Below are positions 13,153 through 26,650 of a stretch of 64,000 nt of DNA, in pieces. The stretch spans positions 20,069-84,068 of the forward strand of contig NMRA01000506.1 of assembly GCA_002633005.1 (NCBI GenBank). The letters are read 5' to 3'. Position 1 is the first letter of the stretch. Every line of letters starts with the position of its first letter. The notes below the pieces were generated by a model that was given only the letters and a program-made list of their open reading frames with translations, did not search any database and was not told where the DNA came from. The position numbers and the translations under genes are program-made. Origin of the DNA: Phoronis australis. Taxonomy: Eukaryota > Animalia > Phoronida.

Positions 13153-15119
13153 GTAGACTCAAATTATCCCTCTCGGACGTGTTTTCGTAAGTTTTCAATG
13201 ATTGGTCATGAAGCAAATCCTCCTAAGGTTAACAGTCTGTAACACAAATTTCTGAAGATAGTGATTTGGCTACATTATGTGACTTTAAATCCGTATATTC
13301 AAGCCCAGATAGGTGATTCTGTGTGTCGATTATGTATTGCTGTCAGAAAGTGACGGTGTTTTCACTACAAACCTGGCTTTTTACCACCGCCACTATAGTG
13401 TTACTGAACGAACCTTTTCATTTTTTTCGTCCCACGTCTTACCGAGACCGGTGCAATGTGTGTTATCGTAAAAAGGCCAACTAGTCATTAATAGCAAGGT
13501 CAAAGTTGAATTCAGGACCTCCTTAGGTTGAAATAAATAAAAAACATAAAATAAAAATGTCCTTGAAAACAACAATTTCCGGGCACCACTACCCAGTGCT
13601 GAGATCCAGCAGGTGCCGAGACAAAGGCGGCCAGACGTAGCCAACTCGGAAGTCAAAATCTGAGATAACCCTGCACCATAGCCACCAAGCTGAAAAATGT
13701 GTATCTTGGAACTAATATATTTGTGTTTATAATAGCCTTCGAGTTATCAAGCAACATCGCTAAGTTCAGCTGCTCGTGTGGCCGTCGGTACAGTTTGATC
13801 TGACGCTTTTCAACATCATTTTTCGGCTTAGGACATCATGCCAAAAACTGACGGGATATTATTCTGGAGCAGCATAACGGCTGTCGGTGCTGCACACGTC
13901 ATATCAACACCGTTTCCCCATTCTTAGCGGACAATTTCTTGAGCTATAGACTAAAGTAAGTTTTACTCGACTGCGTGTGGTTTGCCGGGTAAAATGGCGG
14001 CTTGGAAACGCAGACGAAGGTGTGCTAAGAATGCTGCGTTCTGATTGGTCAATTAAGCCGTCCGTCATAATCCAGNNNNNNNNNNNNNNNNNNNNNNNNN
14101 NNNNNNNNNNNNNNNNNNNNNNNNNNNNNNNNNNNNNNNNNNNNNNNNNNNNNNNNNNNNNNNNNNNNNNNNNNNNNNNNNNNNNNNNNNNNNNNNNNNN
14201 NNNNNNNGTAGACTCAAATTATCCCTCTCGGACGTGTTTTCGTAAGTTTTCAATGATTGGTCATGAAGCAAATCCTCCTAAGGTTAACAGTCTGTAACAC
14301 AAATTTCTGAAGATAGTGGTTTGGCTACATTATGTGACTTTAAATCCGTATATTCAAGCCCAGATAGGTGATTCTGTGTGTCGATTATGTATTGCTGTCA
14401 GAAAGTGACGGTGTTTTCACTACAAACCTGGCTTTTTACCACCGCCACTAGTGTTACTGAACGAACCTTTTCATTTTTTTCGTCCCACGTCTTACCGAGA
14501 CCGGTGCAATGTGTGTTATCGTAAAAAGGCCAACTAGCCATTAATAGCAAGGTCAAAGTTGAATTCAGGACCTCCTTAGGTTGAAATAAATAAAAAACAT
14601 AAAATAAAAATGTCCTTGAAAACAACAATTTCCGGGCACTACCTCAGTGCTGAGATCCAGCAGGTGCCGAGACAAAGGCGGCCAGACGTAGCCAACTCGG
14701 GAGTCAAAATCTGAGATAGCCCTGCACCATAGCCACCAAGATGAAAAGTGTGTATCTTGGAACTAATATATTTGTGTTTATAATAGCCTTCGAGTTATCA
14801 AGCAACATCGCTAAGTTCAGCTGCTCGTGTGGCCGTACAGTTTGATCTGACGCTTTTCAACATCATTTTTCGGCTTAGGACATGCCAAGAAATGACGGGA
14901 TATTATTCTGGAGCAGCATAACGGCTGTCGGTGCTGCACACGTCATATCAACACCGTTTCCCCATTCTTAGCGGACAATTTCTTGAGCTATAGACTAAAG
15001 TAAGTTTTACTCGACTGCGTGTTTTTTGTCGGGTAAAATGGCGGCTTGGAAACGCAGACGAAGGTGCGCTAAGAATGCTGCGTTCTGATTGGTCAATTAA
15101 GCCGTCCGTCATAATCCAG
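13153..15119. repeat. Near-identical ~920-bp tandem duplication across an N gap (13153-14075 vs 14208-15119)
   Basis: Copies differ by few SNPs and indels and abut the gap at 14076-14207; probably uncollapsed haplotypes. Confidence 0.85.
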
Positions 15120-16189
15120 ACGAAACGGTGGCCAGTTCTGGATGCCACGATCTCAGTTTAATTTACGATGAGAATTTTTGTTGATACATTTTTATTCAAA
15201 TAGTTATAGATTGTTACATAGTAACCCTGTTATTTCCCGTTTAAAGGAATTGTGACCCGAGGGGTCGCTAGTTACAATTTCTCCAAATCTCACGGCGCGG
15301 GCTCTAGATACAGGAACTTTAGAGGACATGTTATATTCTATTCATCCCCATTTCGATCATTAACTCTACAAAACCAACAAAAATGAAAAAATCCATCTAT
15401 CATTGTGATTGACGGCTGGCATCCCTATGCAGCTCATAGAATGAAAATACACAATCATGTGAGTGTTAGAATATCCGCGCCCATCACCAAGGATCATCAT
15501 ATTACTTCCAGTTCCAGCCATCACGTTTTCCCGCCAAATCGTTACCTCCCAAGGGAAGACTGTCTGGGTTATAACCCGGAAGTTATGTCCTTTTTAGGCT
15601 TGTATTTGAAAACAACATGCCTTCTGTAATACCATGCGTTGTCAGATCAAGCTGTTAAGATTTTTATTTCTAGGCCACCGGCTTTTGAAAAGTTAATACA
15701 AAACATCACAAAAATCGCTACAACATTGTAGAGAGCTTTGAAAATTAATAGCCAACATTCTGAGCCTCCGACTGTTCCTGTAATTTTGTGTTTGTTCGAT
15801 AAAAATAAATATTTGGCTCAAAATTCATGCTTCCGGTATTTTGTTTATTTTGAACCACAGGCGCTTGGGTTTATGTGACGTCATTTGCGATAAACCCAAG
15901 CGCCTGTGTTTTGAACAAAGTTTTTTCGTCCGCAAATTCCGACGTTCCGTACTTGGGTCTCGTGCAGTTCAACGTAGATGGATAAAAGCACGTGACAAAC
16001 CTCACAATCGTGTACAACCATAGATACTCGTTAAGAAACGCATTAAAGCACATAACTCTGATGCGTCGTATTTGTATTTTTTCAGTAAGTGGAAATTTTT
16101 GCCATTCAGAATTTAAAATGACTTGTAAGTTCATAAATATTTCTTGAAGTGCGTTTTGTGGCAAAAATGATCTTGTGCAATTATAAATG

Positions 16190-17000
16190 ATCGACCCGTG
16201 TCCAGTGCAGTACGTACCAAGCTTTGGTGCTATGAGGCATAAGCGCTGAGTACCTGGATTCAGGTTATTCTTAAAGCGAGATGCGTTATAAGTTCAAGGG
16301 CTTTCTTTACGTTTTTTTTTTTATTATTTTTTATTTTGACTTACAAATCATCAATCGCTACATTTAAATATTGTTCGTTAAATGAACAATTTGCTCGTGA
16401 AGGAGGCAAATTTAAGGTACACAAGTGTCCCTTGGGCACAGAAATTAATTATCTTCGCAGTTTCTGAGTGAAGCCCTCACATTATAACAAGAAAAAGAAA
16501 ATATTGCCCCCAGGTACAGCATTTGGATAGTTGAAGTATGCTTACACCAGTGATAAAACTTTCTTTGCTCATACCTATCGCCACATTTTACTTCAAGGTC
16601 AAATATTTTTCAGTCGTGTAGCGACCTTGTATTGCCGGATTTTGTTGTTCAAATTTAAACTTTAATTGCGGAATGGTTTGCATAGGTTTCTTACTGACAC
16701 TGTGGGACGGATTAGAAAGTAGGCCTATGTAGTTCAGCAGTTTTAGCTCGTTTCCGTTGTCTAACTACAGGATTTTGTGCTTAAGTTGCTATACACCATG
16801 TTCTGGTGTCAAAATGACTTCCTTCTTAGATGCATCGTGTTCTTGTCTTGTAAATCCGCTGACAGTTTTACTGCTTGAGTAGCTGAAACAAAGTCACTGT
16901 GACACATAACGCCAAATGGCTGTCAATGAAGCAATCTCATGCAGCCACTGAAAGGGACGAAGACTATACCACGCTCATGCTGTAAGGGCAATAAACATGA
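16190..17000 (+). repeat. Diverged third copy of sequence found in the caspase intron (similar to 5010-5410, 28700-29120, 29540-29580 and 30570-30745)
   Basis: Shared blocks such as TTTATTTTGACTTAC, GCCGGATTTTGTTGTTCAAATTTAAA, GCTATACACCATGTTCTGG and GCAGCCACTG. This copy lacks the LINE insertion present at ~29590-30300. Confidence 0.7.
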
Positions 17001-17831
17001 TAATCAGGCAGGTCTCGCAGAATTAAAAGCCGGTTTCCCATTGCTTAAACCGCAGTAAAGAATAAGCCAAAAACCAACCGCAGTAACTTGCCAGTGTTGC
17101 CTCTGAACCGAACTGACAGCCACCGCAGTGGTATCAAAGACTCGGGTAGGTAGTATCTGAGGTTTAAACGGAGTTTTTATACCACAGAAAGCGCATATAT
17201 CGGACATAACCTGGTTCCCGGGCCTCACAAGATGACGTCACGGATAACTTGTGAAGGCCCCCAACCAATCTCGTGGGTCTGTGTAGGAGACTAATATCGG
17301 ACAATGCGGAAGGAGTCCCGCATAAAGCCGATGCGAAATGGGTCAAACGAGACGCTTGTTCAAGCTACTGTCCTTAGTCAGGGGTTGCGTTGGGTTTTTG
17401 AAGCGCCGGTACATATTTCATTAATTCTGGTCACCGAAGAATAACCGAGATTTAAAAATCTAAGTTGACTTCCTCGAATAAAAATTGAACCAACGACGTA
17501 TGACCTATGTCGAACGCCGGGCCCGGTAGCCTACGTGTATTTCTATTTTTTACTCATTTTCAAGTTCGAACGTTTCACTCGCAATTTCGAGTTCACGGGT
17601 GTAACGGTCGTAGCCAGTTGTCGCCGGGGACTTTCTGTTGTTGGCGTCTTCTGCAGTACACCAAGAATATCCGCATATTGAAATTTACACTTACCATATA
17701 TAAAACTTCAACCATAATACTTCGCAAAAAATCAACAAATTTATTGAAATCTGAAACATTTTAAGAGCCAAATCCCTGCCTTGTTCATGTCCAAAGCCGA
17801 AATAACATGTGCTCGTGACACATGAAATAAT

Positions 17832-18000
17832 GGCATTTTCGAGGGAATTGTGTCTCAGATTTTTTAAATAGGCTCTAGTTCTTCGGAACGAATCAAGAGT
17901 GCCGGGCGGCCGTTTTTTGCTCAAAATGCTCTAAAAAGTCGATGATTGAAAAACTAGAACCTATTTCAAAAAACTGAGACACGGTTCTCGCGAAAATGCC
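17832..18000. repeat. Inverted repeat with ~49-bp arms, probably a MITE interior
   Basis: GGCATTTTCGAGGGAATTGTGTCTCAGATTTTTTAAATAGGCTCTAGTT pairs with AACTAGAACCTATTTCAAAAAACTGAGACACGGTTCTCGCGAAAATGCC. Confidence 0.6.
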
Positions 18001-18962
18001 GTTATCACCATGTTGGCAGAAAAACAATATGATTGGAGGAACGTTATTTTTAAAATCTCTGTTCACATTAAATTTTTTTTACTGAAAAACGCATATCCCA
18101 TGAAAAATTAACACAAGTAAATGAAAATAATAAATTTTGTTAGGTGATTTATTTTCCTTTTTGGAATTCAAGCTGAAACCGCAAGAGCTGGTTCTGGAGA
18201 TTAACCAAAATACATGTCATTAAAACACGAATAAATTCAGAAAATTCTTGACTGCGCCCGGCCCTCCCCACCCTGTGGGATTCCCCGCTTCCCATGGTCC
18301 CCAGCCGGGCTCCCTATCCAGAATATGCAAACACTAAGTGCCGTAGGGAATTGCTCATAATATTCTGTTTTGATAAACACGACACTATTCGTTGGCGTGG
18401 GGATTTAAATGTTCATGTATCTACGAAAATTGACTTATTCATAAATAATTTTTTTTGACAATTAGAAGTTAATCTTGTAAGAATTCATGATGCTTCTGTG
18501 GGCTTAGTTGCAGGCTGAACTTGTGAAAATCGTTACCATCCGATCCATAATTAATAGCAAAGTAGGCCTACACTAGACAACTTTATTGCCTTTTTGAAAT
18601 AACTCTCACGACTGCGGACTCGGAGGGTCATTGATGAAATTCTGAGAATGCTACGTAACAGGGTGTACTCACAATCTAAATGACAATGCTGACCTTGAAA
18701 CAAGAAAAGTGTTTAAAATTCACAGACGGGGACCAAAATGGGCTCTTATAATTCTTTGAATCAACTACTAAATCACTCATTGCCACTCATTGACTTCGGA
18801 AGATTGTATTGTCACTTCCCTTGGTGCTTTTTAGTTTGCTGTATTATTGCACAATAAGATTTTCGCTCTGGCCAAAACTGAGTTGTTCATTTTTGTTTGC
18901 TATTCCCAAGCATTCATAGCACGTAATGGTTCAGACCAACATGCACTAAAAACAAGGTGTAA

Positions 18963-19711
18963 CCGTGCACTGCCGCATGATACGATTAACGTAGTCCATG
19001 GAAGTAAAAAACAAATTCGAAAATACAGCGCTGTGCGTTGATGATTGGTTCTGACTCAGATCCCCCGCCCACGACGATCGTGGGGGTCGGTACACTTGGT
19101 GGAGGGGGGCATGAGTTTTTTTTTGAAGTTTAATTGGTTTGTGCTCTCCAATGCTTTTTACCGTCTCATCGCACTTCGGTCCTGGTGCCAATCATAACAG
19201 AAGGCAGAATGGTGAATGTTGGCCAATTCCCCTTTTGTCCACTGACGTCACAAGCATACTGGCGCCCCCAGTGGAGGCCCTGAGAACTCGTAAATAAACC
19301 GAGTTCATGAACCCGGTAGTATCCAGCCTAGCAAAGGCCGAGCCAAGCTGGCGAACAGACTTGTATTTATTGTGGGATGTTGAGTATCGTTTTTTTTAAA
19401 AACATAATGCATGGTATATAATAATGAATGGTATATAGTATCAATTAATTATGATTGAAAGATTCCNCCGTGCACTGCCGCATGATACGATTAACGTAGT
19501 CCATGAAAGTAAAAAACAAATTCCTGGCGAAAATACAGCGCTGTGCGTTGATGATTGGTTCTGACTCAGATCCCCCGCCCACGACGATCGTGGGGGTCGG
19601 TACACTTGGTGGAGGGGGGCATGAGTTTTTTTTTTGAAGTTTAATTGGTTTGTGCTCTCCAATGCTTTTTACCGTCTCATCGCACTTCGGTCCTGGTGCC
19701 AATCCTTACAG
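18963..19711. promoter_or_regulatory. Duplicated promoter-like module (18963-19200 and 19468-19711)
   Basis: Each copy has ATTGG (CCAAT) boxes, AP-1 TGACTCA (19052 and 19562) and a GC box CCCCGCCC. CRE TGACGTCA at 19243 lies between them. The second copy starts at a single N. Confidence 0.4.
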
Positions 19712-20284
19712 AAGTGGCAGTTGACGGAAACGAGAGGTACATATTCGCATTGTATTTATTGCCACTCCTAGCGGTGTTTTCACTTCCGTCAACACTCGGC
19801 AGGGAAATTTCAGTGCTGTAATTCGTGGCGGATTACTCAACAAATTAGTCATAGTTTGGCTTTCCCATTTGGTGGGAACTTAAATACTTCTCCATTTGCT
19901 GGAAATCAAGTACATTCGAACTACACGATGAATGATTCCGAAGACGTTCCCAGTCAGGGTGCGACAGGTTAGTTAAAACTGTCTTACTCTTCTTAGACTT
20001 AGTTTCATTTTCGTCAGCTCCCGGAATCCGCCAACATAACAACTGACTTAAGTTTAGCCCTAAGGGTTCCGGATTTTGAGAACCAGTTTAATACCCGCTA
20101 TTTAGTGGAGAAAACCTAGGACTATGATATTACTCCCAGAGAAAACTAGATCTCAAAATGCGGAACTCCTGTAATTGACTGTTTAAAAGTTTAACATGTT
20201 TAAGATTGGACCATTCCATGTTGTATTTGTCCTCCCTAGGCTTAGCCTCCAGCATTACGAGAAAAAAATTTAAGTATCTGTGAC

Positions 20285-20705
20285 TGTATAGACAGTTACC
20301 GACATCTCTAGCTGGTCCTAGTAGAGACGGTGAACTTATTAGACCTTCACATGCTAGGAGCTTTTCAGCGAATTATGCCTCACACTGATAACTGGTTACT
20401 AGTAAAAGTAACATCAAAGTCATGCTTGCCAGCTGCGATAAAAATAGGAGCGTGTGCTGTGAAAAATGGCCAGTTTCCAGTTGGGCAACTGAACAAAGGA
20501 TTGTTCGAAGGAAAAGTTTGATTACTGGGGTATTTGTTCAAGATGAAAGGAAATAGTGATGTCGACGGCATCCTAAGGTGTCCCTCTATGCACCAAAGGT
20601 ACTTATAACAACCAGACTTTGATATTTTAATCTGTGTGAGGCATAATTTGCTGAAAAGCTTCTGTCTCTACTGGGGCCAGCTAGAGACAGTGGTCAGTGT
20701 CTAGT
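20285..20705. mobile_element. MITE with ~45-bp imperfect TIRs
   Basis: TCTCTAGCTGGTCCTAGTAGAGACGG near 20305 vs CTGTCTCTACTGGGGCCAGCTAGAGA near 20663 (inverted); a similar end recurs at ~45558-45590. Confidence 0.5.
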
Positions 20706-21232
20706 ATCTGTATAATTTGTTAGTCTAGTTGGCTCTACAATGTTTGTCTTCTGGTGGTGAAGATATTAACATGCTGACGTAGTCTCCATGTCAGTGGAGT
20801 GAAAATGAATTTTGTAGTACTTGTATAAGTTTGTGCCTAACAGAAGGGATAACTAGTTACAAATACTGTGATATTGCCCAGTTTGCTAAATCAGTGTCGG
20901 TAATATGCGGCGTAAATTGGCAACGTGTTGTTTAGATTATGCAGGAGCTCATCGACTGGATGCGATCCGAGGCAGTTACATTCGAATAGTTTTTGCAAAA
21001 GTCACGTGTTCTCATTTAAAATACTCTGCAATATCTCACGTAATCTCTCAGTTTTGATTTTAGCTGGGTCCTAGCGTAGGTCCGAGCGTTTTGGACGCTT
21101 GCCAAGTTTCCGATGCTTCGTCTCATACGGGGGGGGGCGCCTCGAACCAGTTCACTCAATTCATGAAGTCAAATTTCAATCATCTGCACGTAAACACATT
21201 TTGACACTCGATCGTTACCATTAATGACTTAA

Positions 21233-23086
21233 AGACATAGTTTCACACCAAAACAACTGCTTTTCAACTCAAAGAATAGCATTGCAGGAGCCTGTTACTT
21301 GGGCTAGTTACTGTCCGCACAGCGTGATTAATTAGATAAGCCCAGCAGTAATGACCTTCTCCGACTTCAGTCGAGTAAATTCTGAAAACAGACTAGGCGG
21401 TTACATAAGCGTCTGTGATGTCGAGTCCGGAAGACAACTGTGTTGTAGGAATGAACTCGGCTGGTAAACCGCAGTCACACAAGGCAGAAACCAATATGGA
21501 TTACGAAAGCTTTAGCGACGATTCTTCCAACGATGAGGAAATTTTAGAAAATTTTTTGTTACGATAAAGCGTCGGACACAGACAATATGCACAACGACCA
21601 TCGTGAGCGTGCTCTTGACAACGTAAACGGGCCCTGCAGGTTCGAACCAGTGCCTGCAAGTGTCCCGGTCGCTTTGGATCAAGAGACAGCGGCGGATCCC
21701 GAAGACAATGTCCGCACAACTTCAGACATTTTATCACGTTAGGTAAATGGAAAACAAAAACAATCCCGCGAGTTTGAATGCGAATATGTTTATTTTCGAT
21801 TTATTTATAATACTTCAAGTTACATAAAAAGCAATTTCAAACATCGGGACTGTTAGACGGATAAACTGCGATATGCAAGACTGTCGTTTTGTCCTACGTT
21901 TCTTGATTTGCGTAGGTTGAAAGCAAGATGGGATAAGTTTTGTTGTAGGTTATGTATTGCAATTTGTATTTTATAACAAAAGCTTATTTTTGATTTTATA
22001 TCTATTTTAAGTAATTACTGAACAGAGAGGGGGTCGAAACCATTAAAAGTCACCCGCACTCGAATAAATTTAATCCCCATAATGTTTATTTAATTGCCAA
22101 AATACGACAGGTAAGTAGCATTCAAGCAACTACACACAATTATGTTGCAAAAATCGCAATTCAAAAGAAAAGCGGCTTCCGACAGTGTCCTTCGATGTTA
22201 TACACCATTCAGTAACGTTGTTCGCTTACTAGTGTGGCCAAGGCATAGTAGCTTCCGCAAAGCGACAGCATGTACAGTTTTGAATATTATCTAGAATTTC
22301 ACTTACCTTGGTTTCCAACCATACTGCGATTGCAGGCTGTCGACCTCGAAACAGTCTGCAGAAAAATGTTTACTCCATATCACCGAATACGGCGACGGTC
22401 CACTAAATTTTCTCATGGACCTCAAGAAATCTTCCCACCTGCGATGCAGTCTGGGGTTAGTGGGAAACCTATGTAATGACACCCCAGAGTGCCCAGACCC
22501 TGACACATTGTCACAGCCTCCAATCACACAACAGTCCGGCATTGTTCTTCAAATCTTTAATAGAGTTGAAGTATAAAAGTGTGTTTAATGTCGAAATAAG
22601 TATTCCAATTGGCACACAACAACAGTGATACGTCGTGCGTAGACAGACAGTGCGAAAGACGTGCGGCTGTACTCGAACACTTTATTGAGGACTCATTGCT
22701 AACTACTGTGAAATGTTTATGGCAACGCACAAGACCATGTGCATATGTGTCACATTTCAGACAATTAATTGGCAAAAGTTGCAAAATAAACCCATTCTAA
22801 CAAACGGAAAGCTTCCATTTGTGCCAGATAGTCCCAGTACAAACCTATGGACACACTCGGCTGCGATCGGGTCCGCTTCCGGACGTGACGTGATTCCGAA
22901 GATAGCCGAAGTTGAAAATTTTCTGTTCTTGAAATTTTGTGGGGAAGTGGGAGCATGTTTTACACGAATAATTGAAGAATATGGGGCATGAAATAAAAAG
23001 AAATGTGGTTTATAAGCAATCTTTATTAACAGTCAGCACATGTGTATACATATTAACTACAACTAAATAGCTGTGAATCGACCTCT
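21233..23086 (-). mobile_element. Decayed Kolobok-type DNA transposon (THAP on -, P2X7-ballast-like ORF start on +)
   Basis: TTAA at 21229-21232 and 23087-23090; TIR AGACATAGTTTCAC vs AGAGGTCGATTCAC (10/14). THAP relic at 22308-22542 (-) and an acidic, frameshifted ORF from 21496 (+) containing GPCRFEP, similar to the PYxFEP motif. Confidence 0.65.
22308..22542 (-). pseudogene. THAP zinc-finger exon, transposase N-terminus relic
   Basis: MPDCCVIGGCDN..SLHRFPTNPRLHRRWEDFLRSMR..SVIWSKHFSADCF follows the C2CH pattern but the third Cys is replaced by Trp; it ends at an AG|GTAAGT donor. Confidence 0.75.
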
Positions 23087-25159
23087 TTAAATTCTTTACG
23101 TATAAGACTCAATGATAGTAGCGTTAACTCTCTAGCGAGTACTAATAAAACTTTACGACATTGTGCTGTCTTACGGCATGTGAAGAAAGTGTCGTCTGCG
23201 CAGGTGTCTGCAGTTGCACTGTGGAAAAATACTTTATTTCCAAATGGTTTCAAGTCATCGAGCTCTAATCTTGCAACTGGTAACCAAACAAAGGGGCATG
23301 AAGCTACCAAGCAAGTATGAAACGAATAAACGATAACGGGGATTCCTTCCAAAATGGAAGGAAGATTTTGACTTGTTACGGCATGATAGCGATCAGAGGC
23401 AGAATAAAATGTGTTGTGTCCCGTGTGAAAAATACGCCGAAATAGTTCATCTCTTGCGTCTGAGTCGGATGTGTTTAAGATCGAATCTTTGAAAAGTCAC
23501 CAACATTCAACAGCTTACTTGTAGTTTATAAAAAACATTTTTTACTGAATTGAGAAGCCAAGGTGAAGTTGTAGCGTGTACTACTTCATTCACTGGACCA
23601 GTGTTCTCCACATCTGAAAATCTAAACAGGTCGCACGCGTAAAAACTGCAACAAACATGCCGGAACCGTGAGGTGGTCAACATTCTCCGTAATAGGCTAC
23701 TGTGAATCTTATTTTTACCCACGAACTTCAACAGTAATGCACAATAGTGCAAACAGAAAAATGTGTTTGCTCAACTTTTTATTTTTAAAACTTGAACTTA
23801 TTTACAAACATATGACATAACCATTTCTTTAGTCAATAATTTTGAAATAAAAGTCTAAACAGATGTGTGTGAAACAGAACAAGGAAATATTTTACTCAAC
23901 ACTTGTGATGTGAACGTGGACTAAGTCCAAAAAGCATAACACAGACATAAGCTTTTCCCACAGTTCAAGTGAAGTGTCTTTGTAAATGTAAAGCCAGTCG
24001 CATTTTTATGTCTATGTCTTGACAGCCGAGTCTACATTGTCTCTCGGTCTTATGTCTTGCACAGCATTCATACAGTCAATACCCCAGCCCGCATTGTCTG
24101 TCTGAATTCGATGTTGTGAAGTTGGTACAACATTAAACTTCTGCACTCCAGAACTCTTGTAAAAACTGCACAAGATGCGAGTCTTCCATTAAAACGACTC
24201 ACGTGCATTTTTCATTTACTTAGTACTTGGATGGAAAGTGTTATACCTGTAGATGAAAACTAGTATTTTCTAGAACGATAGCGACTGGATTGCCAAACGC
24301 TTGCAACTGTAGAATTCTCATAAATTTCAGGATTGTCACAAAATCATTCTTGCAGCTGAGAACCATCTATTCTCAAGTTGGAGCAAATTTTATTGTAAAC
24401 ATGCCGATGTCAGATGTTGTCGACAAAAATTCGGTCCATCGTTCATGGTATGAATATTTGAAATATCGCCACCATTCGGATCTGAATATCTGCATCTAAG
24501 TCAACGTCAGTATCTGAAACATCTCGAGTGTCGTTTTTTAAAATAATCTTTACCGTACTTCCTTCTACGCCTTCCCGTAACTGATGACATTACTAAGTAT
24601 GTAGAATGCGCATGTCAATGGGTAACAGAAGCCAGCATAGAGTTAATAACGTAAAGAGCCTGGTAGGTAAACAAGACTCTGAGAGATTACGCGAGATATT
24701 ACCTTGGGTTTATAAAGGGAGCACGTGATTTTGGCTTCAATTTCTCACCGAGAGACATATATTTTGAACTTTACTCAGTGACGTCACTAGCTATCCCCAA
24801 ACTCGGAATTACTTCCTTGAAACTGCAAACGTCGCACCAGTCGTGAAATCCAAATACAAATATCCACTTTAATAAACTTGTACAAAACTTAAATGTCATG
24901 TAATATATCCTCTTACACATGTTTATTGAGCTTGTGCTAACAGGTATAATGTGCGACATACACATATGTTTGAAAAGAGTAATTTGAGTTTAATTATGTT
25001 TGGACAAGTGTCTTATAGGACAAGTTCAATTAAAACTTAATGTCGAGCCCTGCATATGGTTAGTAAGTCTATGTTCCAAGTCCATGATGTCCTATTATTC
25101 AAAAACAATTTAAAATTATTTACAAATTTAGTCAGGACAACCTGGAATTATGTACTAAC

Positions 25160-25525
25160 AATCACCACACCATTGACTACAGCGCTCAAACACCACCACG
25201 CCATTGACTACATACTCACACACCACCACACCATTGTCTACATACTTGCACACCACCACATCAGTGACTACATGCTCACACACCACCACACCATTGAATA
25301 CATACTCACACCATCACACCATTGTCTACAGCGCTCACCCCATCACACCATTGACTACATGCTCACACACCACCACACCATTGACTACATGCTCACACAC
25401 CACCACACCTTTGACTACTTGCTCACACATCACCACACCATTGACTACATGCTCACACACCACCACACCATTGACTACATGCTCACACATCACCACACCA
25501 TTGACTACATGCTCTCACACCACAT
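25160..25525. repeat. 30-bp minisatellite, copy B (~12 units)
   Basis: Same unit as 1-175; it generates the spurious His-rich and Thr-rich ORFs. Confidence 0.9.
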
Positions 25526-25772
25526 ATTCCTAAATAACAATCCTAAATGCAATTACGGTAATTAAAAAATGTCTTGCTTTCACAGATAGCACAGGTGGTT
25601 TGAATATGAATGCCAAAAGTCTATGTCTACTAAACCATGCTTCACTCTTTATTTTAAGAAGATACTGAAGTCCTGTTACTAATACTTTTTAAAAAACCCA
25701 TGATTATTGCTTATATGGCATTCATCAGAACCATCAACAACATGGTCCAGATAATAATTTTATGCAAGCTTA

Positions 25773-26650
25773 GGGCGAGTTCTAATTTAAAAAACAATTA
25801 ATTAAAATGTGTTTTTATGAGAGTGGTTAGTAATGTTTTAAAATTTCATTTCAGATTTTATATTTTGACAGTCACATTTACTTATTCGTTTTGAATAAGT
25901 ATTCTATTTTACACATAACAGGTTTACCTGGTCACTAGTAGTTTTCAAATACAAAATGATTATCACTCTCATTTCTACCTGTATGGCTTACCATCATCAA
26001 AGGGAAGTGAAGATTTTAGGTGGTTGTTTTATATCTTTAATCAAATATATTGAAAAGTTAAAATCCTAGAGTATATTCCTAGCATAGGCCTACCTGTGGT
26101 GATTGGGTATAAAAGGTCAATCGGTACATTTTAATTAAAAAAACATTAAATTAGTAGCAAAAGACCAATATAGCTTAAATGCTGCAAAAGCTTGAATCAT
26201 TTTAAGTTGATATCTTAGTCACAACAAACAATTTAATATTAGAAATTCAGAAAGTACGTCCATCATGTACGTCCGTCACACTAACTCAACTTCTATCGAG
26301 CTGCCTGACAAAAATTTCTTGAAAGATATTCTCAAAAAATTAGTGTGTTGTACTTTGCAAACATTCTACTATATCATCATATAAAACAAAAAAATTAATG
26401 TAACTCACAGAAAATTAACATTAAAAAAAAAAATTTTTTAAATTCAAATTCTCTGCGTACGTCTTACACACCCCTTTAAAGACAATTTTTTCAGTCAGAT
26501 TAAAAGATAGGGGAAAAGTTGATACATGCTTTGAAAGCTATCAGTGAGACTTATCAAGCGATGTATTAATTATTTTCCTAGGATGAACATTTTTTTCACA
26601 ATTGATCAAAATTTTCTGTGATTGTATGTCCGTCACAAATGGATTTGCCC
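25773..26650. mobile_element. Putative MITE (GGGC termini, TA flanks)
   Basis: TA|GGGCGAGTTC ... GGATTTGCCC|TA, with internal repeats of TACGTCCGTCACA; absent from the upstream paralogous segment. Confidence 0.4.

Noticed and set aside
19257-19277. CTCF-like motif (also near 11413)
   Set aside because: Both are one purine short of the CCASYAGRKGGCRS core spacing; not supportable without a PWM scan.
24618-24621. ATGG|GTAAC as the caspase first coding exon
   Set aside because: The phase fits, but a 4-nt match is too common to call without transcript data.
23124-24646. Possible piggyBac-like relic with TTAACTCT...AGAGTTAA ends
   Set aside because: The terminal match is only 8 bp and no convincing transposase fragment could be read.
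25056-25565. His-rich 169-aa ORF and overlapping Thr-rich ORF
   Set aside because: Translation of a 30-bp minisatellite that is open in several frames; no splice context.
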